A stretch of DNA of 64,000 nt from an uncultured Butyricicoccus sp. Its GTDB lineage: Bacteria > Bacillota > Clostridia > Oscillospirales > Butyricicoccaceae. A program made the translations under genes and the position numbers. The stretch lies in NCBI GenBank assembly GCA_944384655.1, contig CALWUF010000060.1, forward strand, positions 6,102 to 70,101, in the 5' to 3' direction. Shown piece after piece: positions 46,880 to 56,657 of this stretch; the stretch's first letter is position 1, and every line of letters starts with the position of its first letter. A model generated the notes under the pieces. The model saw only the letters and a program-made list of their open reading frames with translations, was not told the origin of the DNA and did not search any database.

Positions 46880-48325
46880 TCAATCGATGCGTGCAATTGC
46901 CTTTGCCAACTGCTTCTTCATCTCGAGGTTACCCTGACGTGCGATCATGATGCGCTGCGCCTGCGGGGAACCCGCACCATGCATCGACTCCGGCAGATAT
47001 CCGACAGCAGCAGTACCCATGGTCATGTTCTCAATCAGGCGCAAAACGCGCATACGATCTTCCGTCGGGACGGAAGCAACGCCCTTGAGATACTTTTCAA
47101 TATAGTCATGTGTTGCCGGATTGCGGTAATCGGCCTCAGATGGCTGTGTTACCATCAGACCACCTGCCAGATCCTGTGCCAGACGCGCAATATCATACGG
47201 GAAGCGCGTGACATTCTGCTTGCACACATTCGCCAACAGCAGATCGATCAGATAGTTGCCGGACTTTGTCTGTGTACCCTGAGATGAACATGCAATGCCG
47301 CAAGCATACAATGTCTCATTCAGATGCGTCATTTCAATGATCTTATCCTTGACATGAGATGCCTTTGCACAGCCTGCCATCTCGACGGACAATGCAGTCG
47401 CACCGATCAGGACATCGCCTACACCAACCTTGCAGCCGCCATAGGACTGTCTGTGGTAGCCTGCAAAACGCTCTACCATCATGCCTGCAAATTGCGTCTC
47501 ACCATTGAGGAAAATCATATCATTCGGGATGAAGACGCGATCAAAGATAACCAGAACTTCATGTCCGCCATACACCTTATTGCCGACATCGATGTCATTG
47601 TATTCTTCCAGTTTGCGGGTATCGCAGGACTGCCGACCAAGGATCAATGTAATACCTTCTGCATCGGTCGGGCATGCAAATGAAATGGCATACTCTTCAT
47701 CGCCCGGACGCATGGAGATGGTCGGCATAACCAGTACATAATGGCTGTTCAGATAACCGGTCTGATGCGCCTTTGCACCGGTGACATAAACGCCATCTGC
47801 TGTGCGCTCAACAACATGCAGGAACAGATCCGGATCCGCCTGTTTAGACGGAGACAAACCACGATCACCCTTGACGTCAGTCATTGCACCGTCAACCGCG
47901 AGATCTTCCTCCTGAACCATTGTCCAGAACTTCTTAAAATTCTCAAAATATGTCGTTCCACACGCCTCATCCGTTTCATAAGTGGTGGAATATACTGCAT
48001 TTGCAGCATCCATGCCAACACAGCGCTGGAAACATGCAGCGGTCTTTTGACCGAGCAGACGCTGCATCTTTACCTTGCGGATCAGGTCATCCGTAGACTG
48101 ATGCAGATGTGTAAAACGGTTTACCTTCTTGCCAGTCAGGTTGGAGGTCGCAGTCATCAAATCTTCATACTGTGGATCTTCTGCCAACTCATAGGTCGCG
48201 GCAAATGAATTGAGCGACGGGCGGACAATTGGATCATCCACAACGTTTTCGACTTTCTGACCAAAGCGGTACAGATTGAGATTCAACTTACGCAGAGATT
48301 CAATATACTGTTCTTTTGTCATCAT
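46880..48325 (-). CDS. abfD: 4-hydroxybutyryl-CoA dehydratase-like (FAD, [4Fe-4S])
   Basis: MMTKEQYIESLR, CFQRCVGMD, AMTDVKGDR, GAKAHQTG, YHRQSYGGCK, ESMHGAGSPQAQ. Confidence 0.9.
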   Translation of the reverse strand: MMTKEQYIESLRKLNLNLYRFGQKVENVVDDPIVRPSLNSFAATYELAEDPQYEDLMTATSNLTGKKVNRFTHLHQSTDDLIRKVKMQRLLGQKTAACFQRCVGMDAANAVYSTTYETDEACGTTYFENFKKFWTMVQEEDLAVDGAMTDVKGDRGLSPSKQADPDLFLHVVERTADGVYVTGAKAHQTGYLNSHYVLVMPTISMRPGDEEYAISFACPTDAEGITLILGRQSCDTRKLEEYNDIDVGNKVYGGHEVLVIFDRVFIPNDMIFLNGETQFAGMMVERFAGYHRQSYGGCKVGVGDVLIGATALSVEMAGCAKASHVKDKIIEMTHLNETLYACGIACSSQGTQTKSGNYLIDLLLANVCKQNVTRFPYDIARLAQDLAGGLMVTQPSEADYRNPATHDYIEKYLKGVASVPTEDRMRVLRLIENMTMGTAAVGYLPESMHGAGSPQAQRIMIARQGNLEMKKQLAKAIARID

Positions 48326-48356
48326 GACAATCTGCCTTCTTTCTCTTTCTTGATTT

Positions 48357-49664
48357 TTATATGTCAAGCGTTTCTCCAAAACGCTTTGCATACTCCTCCG
48401 CCAGTTCGGCACGGAATTTCGGATGCGCAATGGCAATCAAACGCTTGGCTCGTTCACGCAGCGTTTGTCCACGCAACTGCGCCACACCATATTCTGTAAC
48501 GATATAATTGACGTCGCAGCGGCTGGTGGTTACCGGACCGCCAGTTGTGATAGTCGGAACAATTTTAGATTCCGTCTCATTCCTGGTTGCCGAGTGCAGT
48601 GCAATGATGGAACGACCGCCTTTGGACAGATTTGCCCCGCGTACAAAGTCCATCTGTCCGCCAATGCCGGAAATTTGACGCAAGCCAATGGCTTCCGCGC
48701 ACACCTGACCCTGAAGATCAACCTGTACGCATGAGTTAATGGAAACAACATTGTCATTCTGTGAAATCACAGCCGGATTGTTGCAGACATCGACTGGAAG
48801 CATGCGAATGACCGGATTATTGTCCACAAAATCATACAATTTCCGTGTGCCCATAAGGAATGTCACACAAATGCGTCCCACATCCCGCTGTTTGCATTGA
48901 CCGTTGATCACACCTTTTTCAATCAGCGGCAAAACGCCATCCGATATCATTTCAGAGTGAAGGCCAAGGTTCTTTTTATCCCCAAGGAAGGAACATACCG
49001 CATCCGGTACTGCACCGATACCGAGCTGAAGACAATCGCCATCGCGCACGAGATCTGCGATATACTGGCCGATTTTCTGATCTTCCTCTGTGATTTTCGG
49101 CGGCTTGGACTCCGGCAGCGGCTCCCACGACAGCAGGAACCCGTCAATATCAGTGACATGTACAAAACTCTCACCAAATGTGCGCGGCATATTCGGGTTG
49201 ACCTCAGCGATGACTGTTTTGGCGGACTTGATCGCCTGCCAACCGTAATCGCATGAAAGTCCGATTGATACATATCCCCGCTCATCCGGAGGTGAACAGG
49301 TAAATGCGAATACATCTACCGGCATCTCGCCGTTCCGAAACATATGCGGCACATCGGAAAAGAATGCAGGTGTGTAATCCGCACGATTTTCTGCAATTGC
49401 CTTGCGCGCCGGAGCGCCGACAAACAACGCATTGTGACGGAAATGTTCCTCCATACCAGGCTGTAAATATTCGCCTGAACCGAGATAAACCATATGTGCA
49501 ACTTCTACGCCATGGAACTGTTCCGCCATACGCGCCATTGTGCGTTGGAAAATAATCGGCTCGCCGACAGCGTGACCGAATACCACACGGTCACCGTCTT
49601 GAATGACTGAGACAGCTTGTTCCGGTGTCATGGTATGTTCTTTATAATACTCTGTCCATTCCAT
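48357..49664 (-). CDS. cat2: 4-hydroxybutyrate CoA-transferase-like (acetyl-CoA hydrolase family)
   Basis: MEWTEYYK, LQLGIGAVP, GLHSEM (catalytic Glu), GIGGQMDF, IAHPKFR. Confidence 0.88.
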   Translation of the reverse strand: MEWTEYYKEHTMTPEQAVSVIQDGDRVVFGHAVGEPIIFQRTMARMAEQFHGVEVAHMVYLGSGEYLQPGMEEHFRHNALFVGAPARKAIAENRADYTPAFFSDVPHMFRNGEMPVDVFAFTCSPPDERGYVSIGLSCDYGWQAIKSAKTVIAEVNPNMPRTFGESFVHVTDIDGFLLSWEPLPESKPPKITEEDQKIGQYIADLVRDGDCLQLGIGAVPDAVCSFLGDKKNLGLHSEMISDGVLPLIEKGVINGQCKQRDVGRICVTFLMGTRKLYDFVDNNPVIRMLPVDVCNNPAVISQNDNVVSINSCVQVDLQGQVCAEAIGLRQISGIGGQMDFVRGANLSKGGRSIIALHSATRNETESKIVPTITTGGPVTTSRCDVNYIVTEYGVAQLRGQTLRERAKRLIAIAHPKFRAELAEEYAKRFGETLDI

Positions 49665-49849
49665 TGTTGATTCTCCTTCTGTATTTCGGTCGTATGTCAG
49701 TATACCGGGAAATAATTTTCCGGTAAATATCCGAGCCGATAAGAAGACGAGATCCAAACCGCAATAAAAATCAACAGTACAACAATCAGTATCCAGATTT
49801 TTTTTCGGCTTGGCATCCCGTCTCCTCCTTCTGTTATGTCAAATCGCAA

Positions 49850-50974
49850 TCAAAACGCATTGCGGTAAATATCCAAAATATCCTCCTCGCTCAACTCAAC
49901 ATAATTGTTGCCGAGCAGACGCTGCTGCGTTTCCAGGACATTCTTTGCATAAACCGGGAGTTCATCTGCTGTCACGCCATTTTCATGCAATGGGGTCTTC
50001 TTCAGCACATCATCCATCAGTTTATATAGTGTCTCCAGTGCAAATACCGGTTTACAATCCAGCTCTGCACTCAGGATCTCTTCCAGCTGATTGAGCTTTC
50101 CAATCGGTTTCTTTTCCTGATACTTGCGCATGACATCTGCAAACATCAACTGATTCGCCTGTCCGTGCGGGATATGATGCACACCGCCGAGCGGATAGCT
50201 CAATGCATGAACGGCTGCACAACCTGCATGACCAAATGCGATGCCTGCAAAGTTGGATGCACGCAGGAATTCTGCTGCATTCTTCTTCCATGCATCTTTG
50301 CTGCCCTCTGCAACGGCTGCCTTCCAACCACGCAGAATCAAAGACAAGGCGCGCTCAGAAAACAGTTCGCTCAGTGCGCATGCATTCGGGCTTAGATAGG
50401 ACTCTACCGCATGGATCATGGCATCAATCGAAGAAGTTGCAAATACACCATATGGCAAGCTTGCCAGCATGCCCGGAATCAAAGCAGCTTCATCCGCGAA
50501 CATCGCAGGGGAAACAATGCCCTGTTTTACGCCCTTGGTGGTACGGTTGATGATAGAAATATTGGTCACTTCGCTGCCTGTGCCGCAGGTGGTCGGGACA
50601 ATAACCAGCGGATGTACTTTTTTCAGCCCATCCGGCATGGCATCATACAGGTCATCTACCTTATCTTCTGCGTTTGCAACCGCCAAAACCTTTGCAATAT
50701 CGATGATCGTACCGCCGCCAACTGCAATGATGCGGTTAAATTTCTTATCTCTCAGCTCATCCAGGATGGCATCAACCATTACATCGGTCGGTTCACCCAT
50801 TCCATATTTTTCCTGAAACAGGGTCTGACAACCCAGGTTCAATTTGGAAATGGCAGGTTCATAAATATATTCATTTGTGAGAATCAAATCGTTCGCATCG
50901 AGCTTTGCTTCCTTTGCATAATCCGCAAACTGTGCGTATTCCGCGACAGCGGGAACCAGTTGAAATGCCTTCAT
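49850..50974 (-). CDS. 4hbD: Iron-containing alcohol dehydrogenase, 4-hydroxybutyrate dehydrogenase-like
   Basis: GGGTIID, PTTCGTGSE, DAMIHAVE, VHALSYPLG, PHG. Confidence 0.82.
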   Translation of the reverse strand: MKAFQLVPAVAEYAQFADYAKEAKLDANDLILTNEYIYEPAISKLNLGCQTLFQEKYGMGEPTDVMVDAILDELRDKKFNRIIAVGGGTIIDIAKVLAVANAEDKVDDLYDAMPDGLKKVHPLVIVPTTCGTGSEVTNISIINRTTKGVKQGIVSPAMFADEAALIPGMLASLPYGVFATSSIDAMIHAVESYLSPNACALSELFSERALSLILRGWKAAVAEGSKDAWKKNAAEFLRASNFAGIAFGHAGCAAVHALSYPLGGVHHIPHGQANQLMFADVMRKYQEKKPIGKLNQLEEILSAELDCKPVFALETLYKLMDDVLKKTPLHENGVTADELPVYAKNVLETQQRLLGNNYVELSEEDILDIYRNAF

Positions 50975-50991
50975 ATCCATGCGCTCCTCTC

Positions 50992-51783
50992 TCAGATGTC
51001 AGGGAAATATTTTGCATCCGGTGCGGTTACCCACTCATACTCCGGTACAACAGTCGTAACAATATTCTTGTCGTCCTGCAGGCGGATGCACCACAGATAA
51101 TACTCTGCATATCCCGGAGCAGCAGCCTGTGAATGGGTAACATTTTCCGGCATACCAGTCAGATCGTTGTTCTTTACTTTGTACGCATCATCGCCATATT
51201 CTGCCAGACCATAGCCATTTTCCGGCAGGAACTTATAATAATACAGTTCCGGTTCAACATGCTGATGCGGTGGATAGGAAGACCATTTGCCCGGGAAATG
51301 TACCACTTCACCGATAAAGAAATTGGTTTCCGGACAATTGGAACGGTCAAAGAATGTGCGAACCAGACGAGTCGAAGCCTCGTTCATCTGACCTGCGCCG
51401 CGCTCCTCGTTGGCACACAAGCAGTCCTCTGGACGCAAGAGTTTTGCTTCAAAACTGCGTGTATTTTCCGTGCGCGCAACAGCAATTTCCGCATCCGCTG
51501 TACAAGTGATGGTAACCGCTGTATTCTGCGGCACATGCAGCAAAATGGCGCCTTCATGGAAAACATCCGTGCGGAAAACAGATTCTACACCGCCGTCCCA
51601 TGCAAATGTAACGCCACCACTCATCAGGTCATATACGACCTCCTGTGCATAGTTGAAACTCATCACATCGCCTGCTGCCATCGAGACAACACCAAACTCC
51701 ATGCCCATCATTTCCGGGTTTTCAACCGCAGAAACCATTTTATTATAGCCTTTTTCAAAAGGACTCTTTGCAGTATATTTCAT
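50992..51783 (-). CDS. iolB: 5-deoxy-glucuronate isomerase
   Basis: GKWSSYPPHQH..ELYYY, HSQAAAPGY..YYLW. Confidence 0.9.
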   Translation of the reverse strand: MKYTAKSPFEKGYNKMVSAVENPEMMGMEFGVVSMAAGDVMSFNYAQEVVYDLMSGGVTFAWDGGVESVFRTDVFHEGAILLHVPQNTAVTITCTADAEIAVARTENTRSFEAKLLRPEDCLCANEERGAGQMNEASTRLVRTFFDRSNCPETNFFIGEVVHFPGKWSSYPPHQHVEPELYYYKFLPENGYGLAEYGDDAYKVKNNDLTGMPENVTHSQAAAPGYAEYYLWCIRLQDDKNIVTTVVPEYEWVTAPDAKYFPDI

Positions 51784-51804
51784 CGTATATCTCCTTTGGA
51801 ATAT

Positions 51805-51841
51805 GGCAAAGCCGCCCGCTCTGTGATCGGGCGGCTTTGCC
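51805..51841. other. Strong 14-bp hairpin between iolD and iolB
   Basis: GGCAAAGCCGCCCG-N9-CGGGCGGCTTTGCC with no U tract on the minus strand. It may be an RNA stability or attenuation element. Confidence 0.6.
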
Positions 51842-52040
51842 GAAGTAGGTGTGTAAATAGGTGTTATGAATAAAGGAATATAACCAAAGTACTGAATCAC
51901 GTTCACTCTGCATATCTGAGGAAGGAGTTCCCCATCGCAGCTTTCGCTGCGATGGGTCAATGTGAGAAAATAAGTGCATGAGAATGAATGTCACAATGTC
52001 ATGTAAAGAGAAATGCAGAGGAAATTTGGAAGTGTTGTGA

Positions 52041-53993
52041 TCAATACATTCTCGCTTCGCTGATGTACTTATCCAGGCGCTTGCGTGCTTCCTGAACCGC
52101 CTCAGACTTAGACGTAGAAGCAACGCCGATGTGCCACCAGGACTCATAGCCTTCTGCCATGGTCTTCGGCAATACCTTTGCATCGATGATGCAAGAGCCG
52201 GTTTCCTTCTTCGCGTCCTGAACTGCCTTGCGGAATTCTTCCGGGGTCTTAGCATAGAATGCCTTCATGCCATAACCTTCGCCGACCTTGCCGAAATCTG
52301 TATAGCAATACTTGCCATCCAGCTTGCCGGTCTCCTCATTGCGGTAACGCATCTCTGTCGCAAGGGAACCAACGCCGTTGCCCATCTGCAGGTTGTTGAT
52401 GCAGCCGAATGCCGTATTGTCGAATACGACAACGGTAATCTTCGCATTTTCCTGAATTGCAGTCGGGATTTCGGAGTTCAGCATCATGAACGAGCCGTCG
52501 CCGACCAGTGCATAAACTTCCTTGTCCGGCTCAGCCAGCTTGGAGCCGAGTGCACCTGCGATCTCGTAACCCATGCAGGATGCACCATATTCCATGTTGT
52601 AGGAATCCTTTGCATCGGTAACCCACAGGCGCTCCAGATCTGCCGGCAGAGAACCTGCTGCTGCAACAACAATTGCATCGTCGTCGATCTCTTCGCGCAG
52701 GATACCAACTGCATTGGACTCTGTAATGGTGCCGCCGATGTCGCGGATGAAGTCGTTCATAATCTTTTCTGTCCAGGACGGTACACACGGAACGAACTTG
52801 CCTTCGCCAAAGCCTTCGCCATGATACTGGACACCCAGAACGCTCAAGCGTTCCTTCTCCCATACTTCGCGGATTTCCTGAATCTCGGTGGTGTAACCGG
52901 ACTTATATCCTTCTGCCTTCAGACGCTTCATGATCTCTTCCAGTGTTACCTTTGCATCACCGACACAACGGGTTGCATCCAGCTTTTCTGCATGGAATTC
53001 AGAGGTGTTGATCGCCAGAACCTTGATATCCGGATTGCGGAACAGAACCCACTTGGAACCAGTGACAAAGTCATTGAAACGAGTGCCAACGCCGATGACA
53101 AGATCTGCATCCTTGCACAGTGCATTTGCTGCGAGACCGCCCGTAACGCCTACACCGCCAACCGAAAGCTCAAAGCTATCCGGCAGAGCGGAATGACCTG
53201 CCTGTGTCTGAGAAACCGGAATGTTGAATTCCTTACAGAATTCCATAACAGTCTCACCGGCTTCGGAGTAGCGAACACCGCCGCCAGAAATGAACAACGG
53301 CTTTTTAGACGCTTTAATCATCTCAACGGCCTGCTGAATTTCATACTCATCAGCACAACGGCGTGCGATGTGATGAACGCGCTTCTGGAAGAAGTAATCC
53401 GGGAACTCAAAGGATTCACCCTGTACATCCTGCGGCAGGCTGATGCAGACAGCACCACAGTTTGCCGTATCGGTCAGAACACGCATTGCGTTAATCATTG
53501 CAGGCATCAACTGCTCCGGACGGGAAACACGATCCCAATACTTGGTGACCGGCTTAAAGCAATCAGAAGCGGTAATGCTCAGATCGCTCGGAACTTCCAT
53601 CTGCTGCAAAACCGGATCCGGCTGACGGGTTGCAAAGGAATCCGACGGTAACAGCAATAACGGGATATGATTGATGGATGCAGTGAGCGCCGCTGTTACC
53701 ATATTTGCTGCGCCCGGTCCGATAGACGAGGAACAAGCGATAATCTTGCGGCGGTTATACTGCTTTGCATAGGAAATCGCCACATGCGCCATGCCCTGCT
53801 CGTTGCGTCCCTGATATACTCTCAGATGTCCTGGATCCTCATCCAACGCCTGACCCAGACCAACGACCATGCCGTGACCGAAAATTGTGAAAATACCATC
53901 CACGAACGGCTCTACCTTGCCGTCCATTTCGATGTACTGTTGGTTCAGGAACTTAACGACTGCCTGACCGACTGTCATCTTCGTCTTGCTCAT
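52041..53993 (-). CDS. iolD: 3D-(3,5/4)-trihydroxycyclohexane-1,2-dione acylhydrolase (ThDP)
   Basis: MTVGQAVVKFL, IFGHG, QGRNEQGMAH, SSSIGPGAAN, RQPDPVLQQ, SCMGYEIAG, GDGSFMM, SWWHIGV. Confidence 0.95.
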   Translation of the reverse strand: MSKTKMTVGQAVVKFLNQQYIEMDGKVEPFVDGIFTIFGHGMVVGLGQALDEDPGHLRVYQGRNEQGMAHVAISYAKQYNRRKIIACSSSIGPGAANMVTAALTASINHIPLLLLPSDSFATRQPDPVLQQMEVPSDLSITASDCFKPVTKYWDRVSRPEQLMPAMINAMRVLTDTANCGAVCISLPQDVQGESFEFPDYFFQKRVHHIARRCADEYEIQQAVEMIKASKKPLFISGGGVRYSEAGETVMEFCKEFNIPVSQTQAGHSALPDSFELSVGGVGVTGGLAANALCKDADLVIGVGTRFNDFVTGSKWVLFRNPDIKVLAINTSEFHAEKLDATRCVGDAKVTLEEIMKRLKAEGYKSGYTTEIQEIREVWEKERLSVLGVQYHGEGFGEGKFVPCVPSWTEKIMNDFIRDIGGTITESNAVGILREEIDDDAIVVAAAGSLPADLERLWVTDAKDSYNMEYGASCMGYEIAGALGSKLAEPDKEVYALVGDGSFMMLNSEIPTAIQENAKITVVVFDNTAFGCINNLQMGNGVGSLATEMRYRNEETGKLDGKYCYTDFGKVGEGYGMKAFYAKTPEEFRKAVQDAKKETGSCIIDAKVLPKTMAEGYESWWHIGVASTSKSEAVQEARKRLDKYISEARMY

Positions 53994-54377
53994 AGTTGCA
54001 TCCTCCTTAAAAATTGCATTTCATCTTGAGATTGTCTGTGCTGACATCCTCTCGTCTTTTCTTGTTCATATTATAGCATTGTGTCCAAAAACCGTCTTCT
54101 ATCTTCTTGCTTTTTTGTGCATATCTGGTGAATTGAGTTCAATTACACATCCTTGCTGTGAATTGTGCTGTTTCCACTAAATCTGGAATGCAAGTTTTCA
54201 AATTTTTGCTGTCCGTCTCATTTTTTTTTGATGATCTAACTTTCGTGTTTATCTAAAATCCTGCGAAAGCCGCCTGATTTTTTTGATATTCTTCGTTATG
54301 TTAAAAAAAACAGCAGCCTTGCAAATCCTTGCAAAGCTGCCATTGAAACCCCAAACGCCGTGATATTCTGTGTATTT

Positions 54378-54683
54378 TTATGTGTTTGCACATACTGAAT
54401 AGCTCTGAATTTGTACTTTTTGCACATATTCCCGTTTCAACTCGGACAACAACTGATAATGGTCTGTATTGCCATGTTGTTTCTGCGCCTCCGCATTTGC
54501 CCAAATCTCCAACAGACAAATATCATTTTCGGAATCAACAGGATAGTAGAAATCATATTTCACATTTCCCGGTTCCTTTCTCGATGCTGCGGCAATTCCC
54601 AAATCCACAGCCTTCTGATAGAATTCTTCCCGTTTTCCCTCTTTCACCGTGTAGCGCACGGTAGCCAAAATATATGTGTCCAT
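54378..54683 (-). CDS. ABM/putative quinol monooxygenase family protein
   Basis: SRKEPGNVKYD..LEIW..H pattern. Confidence 0.85.
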   Translation of the reverse strand: MDTYILATVRYTVKEGKREEFYQKAVDLGIAAASRKEPGNVKYDFYYPVDSENDICLLEIWANAEAQKQHGNTDHYQLLSELKREYVQKVQIQSYSVCANT

Positions 54684-54688
54684 AAATA

Positions 54689-55507
54689 TCATCCTTTTTC
54701 TTGTTGATAATTTCGGTCAAGCAAATATCGTCTGCGGTATTTTAACATTGCATAATCTGAAATGCGCTTGAGTACCGTCACATCCGTCGCACCTCCAACT
54801 GCACCGACAATCGGTGCACCCTGCAAAAACTTGGCATACAGCATATCATCCGAAAGCGCCTTTGCAGTTTTGTGAATCTGTTCATCCAATCGGCTGGTCA
54901 GGCGTTCGGTTTCTTCCGGCGAACGCTGCTTGGCGCCGCGCATGCTCCAACACATCGCATTCATATCGTCATCACGCTGCTGCATCTCCGAACCGCTATA
55001 CAGGGCAGTTTCAATCAGCCGGAGTTGAAACAAGCGTTCTTCCATACAATCATACTCATACCCGAAGCTGAGTGAAATTTCATACAGATTCTTTAGAACG
55101 ACACTGACAAACAGCGGGATGTCCGGAATACCCACACCGAGCAGCCCCAATCCAATCCCTTCGACAGAGGACACCAGCAGGTTTAATCGAGCACTGTTTC
55201 CCGCCTTTCTGCGAAACGCACGCACATGCCGGCGATCCTGGCGCACCTTTGCCGCATATTCCGCAATTTCATAATCCTCACGCCGTTTCTGTTTGTTATA
55301 GGTCTTCTCAATGACACCTGTGCCTTTTTCAAAAACCAATTGAAACGCCTTCACAAATGCCGTATCCAGCTTGCTTTGCAAACCGTCGGGAACAAATTTT
55401 TGTAGTTTTCCAAGCACATTTTCTCTTTGTTCGCTGTGTTTTTGAATATATTTTTCCTGTTTTCGAGTCAGGTCTTTCCATTCCTTTTCCCAAAGATCAC
55501 GTTTCAT
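54689..55507 (-). CDS. EcsC family protein
   Basis: EGIGLGLLGVGIPDIP..YGYEY-like motif, KFLQGAPIVGAVGG. Confidence 0.8.
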   Translation of the reverse strand: MKRDLWEKEWKDLTRKQEKYIQKHSEQRENVLGKLQKFVPDGLQSKLDTAFVKAFQLVFEKGTGVIEKTYNKQKRREDYEIAEYAAKVRQDRRHVRAFRRKAGNSARLNLLVSSVEGIGLGLLGVGIPDIPLFVSVVLKNLYEISLSFGYEYDCMEERLFQLRLIETALYSGSEMQQRDDDMNAMCWSMRGAKQRSPEETERLTSRLDEQIHKTAKALSDDMLYAKFLQGAPIVGAVGGATDVTVLKRISDYAMLKYRRRYLLDRNYQQEKG

Positions 55508-55511
55508 TCCA

Positions 55512-56582
55512 TCACTCCATCTGACGCTTTTTTCTCAACAGTTTCCGTCCTGCACATTGGTCAGCATCTATGCGCCATTGACAGACTGCACAATCCAGAC
55601 ATCTGCCTGTATCGCGTCCCGCGAGTGCATCCGCCGCCCAAGACGGATTGACCAACGTGCTGCGACCGATATCGACCATATCCACACCGGTACGCTCGAG
55701 AACGCCGTGTGCGTCTTCTGCCACACGCATGCCATTGACTGCAAAGACCGGGATAGAAACCCGTCGTTTGATTTCTCCTGCCGCATAAATAATATCTTTA
55801 TATGGGAAATCATCCGGTTTCACCGGTTCATCTTCACCAGTAAAGCCATACGAAATATCCAAAAAGTCAATGCCATGCGCTTCCAATGCCTGCGCATGAC
55901 GGATGCCGTCCGCCAATGTCGGCTCAAATGCGCCCAGCCGAATACCTATAACAAAATCTTCCGAAACAATTTGACGGATACCGTCTACAATTTCTGTGAT
56001 AAACAACTCTGGATGTATCCCATATCGGTCATCCCTTTGATTGATCCGATGATTGAGAAACTGACACATCAGATAGCTGTGACAACCATGCAGTTCTACA
56101 CCGTCATAGCCAGCTTCATATGCACGTCTCGCGGCATCGATAAATGCCTGCTGTATACGCGCAATATCTTCTTCCTGCATTTTCACGCCGTGTTTTTCGA
56201 TCCCGCCCCGGCGCAGAATATATGTATCCGGACAAAACGCATGTTCTTCTATGCCAACGATTCCTGCATGATGAATCTGAACAAAAATTGGACAGCCCTC
56301 CGCATGCACCGCTTCGGTGATCCGGCGCAAACCGTCTATTTGACTGTCCTCCCAAATGCCGAGCTGTGTATCTGCCAGCCGCCCCTCTCGCGTGATGCAG
56401 GTTGCTTCCTGAATAATCAATCCCGCACCGCCATGCGCCATTGCACGGTAATGTTCTACATGGCGATCGCTCACAACACCGCTCCCATCCGTCCAATGAT
56501 AGCACACCATCGGCGGCACACAAATCCTATTGCGAATACGGGTTTTTCGAATGAAAAAATTGTCATGTAATGTCTTCTTCAT
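55512..56582 (-). CDS. NADH:flavin oxidoreductase (old yellow enzyme family)
   Basis: NRICVPPM, QIHHAG, GVELHGCHSYL..FL, NQRDDRYG. Confidence 0.92.
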   Translation of the reverse strand: MKKTLHDNFFIRKTRIRNRICVPPMVCYHWTDGSGVVSDRHVEHYRAMAHGGAGLIIQEATCITREGRLADTQLGIWEDSQIDGLRRITEAVHAEGCPIFVQIHHAGIVGIEEHAFCPDTYILRRGGIEKHGVKMQEEDIARIQQAFIDAARRAYEAGYDGVELHGCHSYLMCQFLNHRINQRDDRYGIHPELFITEIVDGIRQIVSEDFVIGIRLGAFEPTLADGIRHAQALEAHGIDFLDISYGFTGEDEPVKPDDFPYKDIIYAAGEIKRRVSIPVFAVNGMRVAEDAHGVLERTGVDMVDIGRSTLVNPSWAADALAGRDTGRCLDCAVCQWRIDADQCAGRKLLRKKRQME

Positions 56583-56657
56583 GATTTGCCTCCCTATGAC
56601 GCTTTTTTCGCCGCTGCTATGTAAAAAACCGGCGAAACTGCTTCGCCGGATCAGGAA

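Noticed and set aside
46880-50974. 4hbD-cat2-abfD as a malonate semialdehyde to 3-hydroxypropionate/propionate route, or a plain succinate-to-butyrate module
   Set aside because: Not excluded, but less parsimonious. There is no iolC/iolJ to make the C3 aldehyde, 3-hydroxypropionyl-CoA does not need a radical AbfD, no succinate-semialdehyde dehydrogenase (sucD) or cat1 is present, and neither route explains the transketolase.
52131-53651. 506-aa ORF antisense to iolD (likewise 8264..9352, 43936..45090, 46139..47287)
   Set aside because: These lie entirely opposite well-conserved genes and have no motifs. They are shadow ORFs.
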